Positions 60,413 to 64,000 of a DNA stretch of 64,000 nucleotides are shown here, in pieces. The notes under the pieces are model-generated. The model was not told where the DNA came from, searched no databases, and saw nothing but the letters and a program-made list of their open reading frames with translations. The position numbers were made by a program, and so were the translations under genes. Every line of letters starts with the position of its first letter. Positions within the stretch are counted from its first letter, which is position 1. This stretch comes from Mustelus asterias (Eukaryota): assembly GCF_964213995.1 (NCBI RefSeq), contig NW_027590163.1, positions 806,001-870,000 on the forward strand. The letters run 5' to 3'.

Positions 60413-62545
60413 ATGGAAAGAGATAGGATCAGGCAGGCTAGGAAAGTGTTTCTCTGGAGTAAAGGGAAATACAGTGTCATCAGGGAGGAAATTAGACGGG
60501 TAAATTGGAAGGAGGCATTCTTGGGGAAAAGTACCGAAGGAAAGTGGAGGATTTTCAAGGAATGTTTGTCTGGAGCTCTGCATGACAACGTTCCGATGAG
60601 ACAGGGGGGTGTTGGTAGGGTACGGGAACCGTGGTGCACGAAGGTTGTGATGAACCTGGTGAATAAGAAAAGAGAGGCGTACAGAAGGTTCAGAGAGCTA
60701 GGAGGTGTTAAGGATTTAGAAGAGTATACGGGATGTAGGAAGGAGCTTAAGAAGGAAATTAGGAGAGCGAGAAGGGGCCATGAGAAGGCCTTGGCGGGTA
60801 AGATTAAGGAGAATCCCAAGGCTTTCTACAAATATGTCAAGAGTAAAAGGATGAGATGTGAAGGCATAGGACCCTTAAAAGGTGAAGGGGGAAAAGTTTG
60901 TGTGGAACCGTTAGAAATGGCGGAGCTGCTTAATGAATACTTTACCTCGGTATTCACGGTGGAAAGGGATCTGGGTGGTTGTACTGCTGGTTTGCGGTGG
61001 ACAGAAAGGATCGAGCATGTGGACATAAAGAAAGAGGATGTGTTGGAACTATTGAATGGCATCAAGGTTGGTAAGTCGCCGGGACCGGATGGGATGTACC
61101 CCAGGTTACTGTGGGAGATGAGGGAGGAGATTGCGGAGCCTTTGGCGATGATCTTTGCATCGTCGATGGAGACGGGAGAGGTTCCGGAGGATTGGAGGAT
61201 TGCAGATGTGGTCCCTATATTCAAGAAAGGGAACAGGGACAGCCCGGGAAATTACCGACCGGTGAGTCTAACCTCAGTGGTTGGTAAGTTGATGGAGAGG
61301 ATCCTGAGAGACAGGATTTATGATCATCGAGAGAAGTTTAGTATGATCAAAAGTAGTCAGCACGGCTTTGTCAAGGGCAGGTCGTGCCTTACGAGCCTGG
61401 TTGAGTTCTTTGAAAATGTGACCAAACACATTGACGAAGGAAGAGCGGTGGATGTGGTCTATATGGACTTCAGCAAGGCGTTCGATAAGGTCCCCCATGC
61501 AAGACTTCTTGAGAAAGTGAGAGGGCATGGGATCCAAGGGGCTGTTGCCTTGTGGATCCAGAACTGGCTTGCCTGCAGAAGGCAGAGAGTGGCTGTGGAG
61601 GGGTCTTTCTCTGCATGGAGGTCAGTGACCAGTGGAGTGCCCCAGGGATCTGTTCTGGGACCCTTGCTGTTTGTCATTTTCATAAATGACCTGGATGAGG
61701 AAGTGGAGGGATGGGTTGGTAAGTTTGCTGACGACACCAAGGTAGGTGGTGTTGTGGATAGTTTGGAGGGATGTCAGAAGTTGCAGCGAGACATAGATAG
61801 AATGCAAGACTGGGCGGAGAAATGGCAGATGGACTTCAACCCGGATAAGTGTGTGGTGATCCATTTTGGCAGATCCAATGGGATGAAGCAGCAGTATAAT
61901 ATGAAGGGTACCATTCTTAGCAGTGTAGAGGATCAGAAGGACCTTGGGGTCCGGGTCCATAGGACTCTTAAATCGGCCTCGCAGGTGGAGGATGCGGTCA
62001 AGAAGGCGTATGGCGTACTGGCCTTCATTAATCGAGGGATTGAGTTTAGGAGTCGGGAGATAATGCTGCAGCTTTATAGGACCCTGGTTAGACCCCACTT
62101 GGAGTACTGCGCGCAGTTCTGGTCCCCTCATTACAGGAAAGATGTTGAAGCCATTGAAAGGGTGCAGAGGAGATTTACAAGGATGTTGCCTGGATTGGGG
62201 GGCATGCCTTATGAGGATAGGTTGAGGGAGCTTGGTCTCTTCTCCCTGGAGAGACGAAGGATGAGAGGTGACCTGATAGAGGTTTACAAGATGTTGAGAG
62301 GTCTGGATAGGGTAGACTCTCAGAGGCTATTTCCAAGGGCTGAAATGGTTGCTACGAGAGGACACAGGTTTAAGGTGCTGGGGGGTAGATACAGAGGAGA
62401 TGTCAGGGGTAAGTTTTTCACTCAGAGGGTGGTGGGTGAGTGGAATCGGCTGACGTCGGTGGTGGTGGAGGCAAACTCGTTGGGGTCTTTTAAGAGACTT
62501 CTGGATGAGTACATGGGATTTAATGGGATTGAGGGCTATAGATAG
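60413..62545 (+). CDS. Uninterrupted 710-aa CR1 ORF2 remnant (linker, RT and C-terminus; no endonuclease); ATG supplied by the target site
   Basis: All RT motifs present (NYRPVSLTS, DFSKAFDKVPH, PQGSVLGP, FADD); expression unknown. Confidence 0.6.
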   Translation: MERDRIRQARKVFLWSKGKYSVIREEIRRVNWKEAFLGKSTEGKWRIFKECLSGALHDNVPMRQGGVGRVREPWCTKVVMNLVNKKREAYRRFRELGGVKDLEEYTGCRKELKKEIRRARRGHEKALAGKIKENPKAFYKYVKSKRMRCEGIGPLKGEGGKVCVEPLEMAELLNEYFTSVFTVERDLGGCTAGLRWTERIEHVDIKKEDVLELLNGIKVGKSPGPDGMYPRLLWEMREEIAEPLAMIFASSMETGEVPEDWRIADVVPIFKKGNRDSPGNYRPVSLTSVVGKLMERILRDRIYDHREKFSMIKSSQHGFVKGRSCLTSLVEFFENVTKHIDEGRAVDVVYMDFSKAFDKVPHARLLEKVRGHGIQGAVALWIQNWLACRRQRVAVEGSFSAWRSVTSGVPQGSVLGPLLFVIFINDLDEEVEGWVGKFADDTKVGGVVDSLEGCQKLQRDIDRMQDWAEKWQMDFNPDKCVVIHFGRSNGMKQQYNMKGTILSSVEDQKDLGVRVHRTLKSASQVEDAVKKAYGVLAFINRGIEFRSREIMLQLYRTLVRPHLEYCAQFWSPHYRKDVEAIERVQRRFTRMLPGLGGMPYEDRLRELGLFSLERRRMRGDLIEVYKMLRGLDRVDSQRLFPRAEMVATRGHRFKVLGGRYRGDVRGKFFTQRVVGEWNRLTSVVVEANSLGSFKRLLDEYMGFNGIEGYR

Positions 62546-62628
62546 GCCTAGAGGTGGGGATGTGATCGGCGCAACTTGTGGGCCGAAGGGCCTGTTTGTG
62601 CTGTGGCTTTCTATGTTCTATGTTCTAT
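60419..62628 (+). mobile_element. Young 5'-truncated CR1 LINE inserted in the 28-bp CRE array (60347-60418, 62629-62735)
   Basis: 12-bp TSD gtcacaatggaa at 60407-60418 and 62629-62640; (ttctatg)3 tail; empty site at 48501-48610. Confidence 0.95.
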
Positions 62629-63715
62629 GTCACAATGGAATGGGTGAGGGTGTGATGTCACAATGGAATGGGTGAGGGTGTGACGTCACAATGGAATGGG
62701 TGAGAGTGTGACGTCACAATGGAATGGGTGAGGGTTCCAGATGAGCTGACACTGGGCTGGAGTTGGGCGATGTCACTGACATGTGGCCCGGTGGCGCAGT
62801 GGTTAGTGCAGCTGCCTAACAGCGCCAGGGACCCGGGTTCAATTCCAGCCTCGGGTCGCTGTCTGTGCAGAGTTTCTACATTCTCCCCGTGTCTGTGTGG
62901 GTTTCCTCCGGGTGTTCCGGTTTCCTTCCACAGTCCAAAGCTGTGCCGGTTAGACGGATTGGCCATGATAAATTGCCACTTGGTATCAGGGGGATTAACA
63001 GGTAAATATGTGGATAGGGCCTGGATGGGATTGTTGCCGGTGCAGGCTCGATGGGCTGAATGGCCTTCTCCTACACTGTACTTTATTATTCATTATTATT
63101 AATTAATTACTATTAATACTTCTTGATGATGTGGACATGTGGCTGGAAGCTCATCTTGGGATGAGCTGAGACTGTATTAAGAGTAAAAGGGTGACTAGAG
63201 AGAGAATAGATCCCCTTAAAAATCAGCATGGCCATCTGTGTGTGGAGCCACAGGAGATGGGTGAGATTTTTAATGAATACTTCTCCTCTGTGTTTACTGC
63301 GGAGAGCACCATGGGTACTAAAGAAATAAGGGAAACAAGTGGTGATGTCTTGGCCACACGCATGTTACTTGGGAGGAGGTATCTGCAGCCTTATAAAAGC
63401 AAATTACTGCGGATGCTGGAATCTGAAACCAAGAGAGAAAATGCTGGAAAATCTCAGCAGGTCTGGCAGCATCTGTAAGGAGAGAAAAGAGCTGATGTTT
63501 CTTGTCTCGATGACCCTTTGTCAAAGCTCTGAAACATCAGTTCTTTTCTCTCCATGCAGATGCTGCCAGACCTGCTGAGAATGGGGAGAGAGTGTGTGGG
63601 ATGGAGATTTCCAGCTTTTGGGGAATGAGAGAGGAAAGAATGTTCCATAGAAATTGTCTGTTCTGAATTTCTATCCTGTACTGACACTGATGACTTTTGG
63701 AAACTCATTTTCCAG

Positions 63716-64000
63716 GATATTGAAAGAGGAATCACAGACTGAAATCTCAAACGTCACGTCTGAACGTGACAGAATCATATTCCTTGGGACCTCAATATCA
63801 TCGGACTTTGAATCCAGAAGGAGAAATGATTGTCCAGTCTGTCGATTTGAAAAGATTTGAAATGTCAGTGTGAGTGAAAAAGCATCAACACACTGCCACA
63901 CTTGGTGAGGGTGTTCCAATGCACTGACTAAAGAGCTTTAACCAGTTACACAGCCTGAGTAAATATCACACCATTCACAGCGGGTAGAGACGGTAATCTT
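63716..64000 (+). other. Start of the main exon of ZF10 (paralog of ZF7); continues off the right edge
   Basis: Acceptor ttttccag|gatattg; near-identical to 52160-52445. Confidence 0.75.

Noticed and set aside
60413-62545. Autonomous active LINE
   Set aside because: ORF1 and the APE endonuclease are absent; 5'-truncated with a TSD

Overview
Eukaryotic, repeat-rich DNA, most likely from a shark (elasmobranch): it carries V-SINE/HE1-like SINEs, CR1/HER1-like LINEs and Penelope elements. The window is part of a tandem and inverted cluster of single-coding-exon C2H2 zinc-finger (ZF) genes with no recognisable KRAB, SCAN or BTB domain. Four look intact (9293-10225, 31166-31840, 45367-46263, 54805-55479). 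Several others are damaged or truncated, and two run off the window ends. Most genes pair with a copy of a CpG-rich promoter cassette (NRF1, CCAAT, CRE and YY1 motifs). Between them lie CR1, RTE, Rex1 and L2 fragments, V-SINEs, two large Penelope retroelements and a ~2.9 kb 36-bp minisatellite. The most interesting signals are: (1) a conserved in-frame peptide after the UGA stop of the ZF genes, where three paralogs have replaced UGA with Arg, Trp or Cys codons; (2) two families of minimal hammerhead-ribozyme motifs, one of them in short hairpin elements with target-site duplications (TSDs); (3) repeated Penelope insertions into the ZF promoter cassettes; (4) a young CR1 RT ORF that captured an ATG from a CRE repeat array in a promoter. 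All calls were made by eye. Boundaries of degenerate repeats are approximate.
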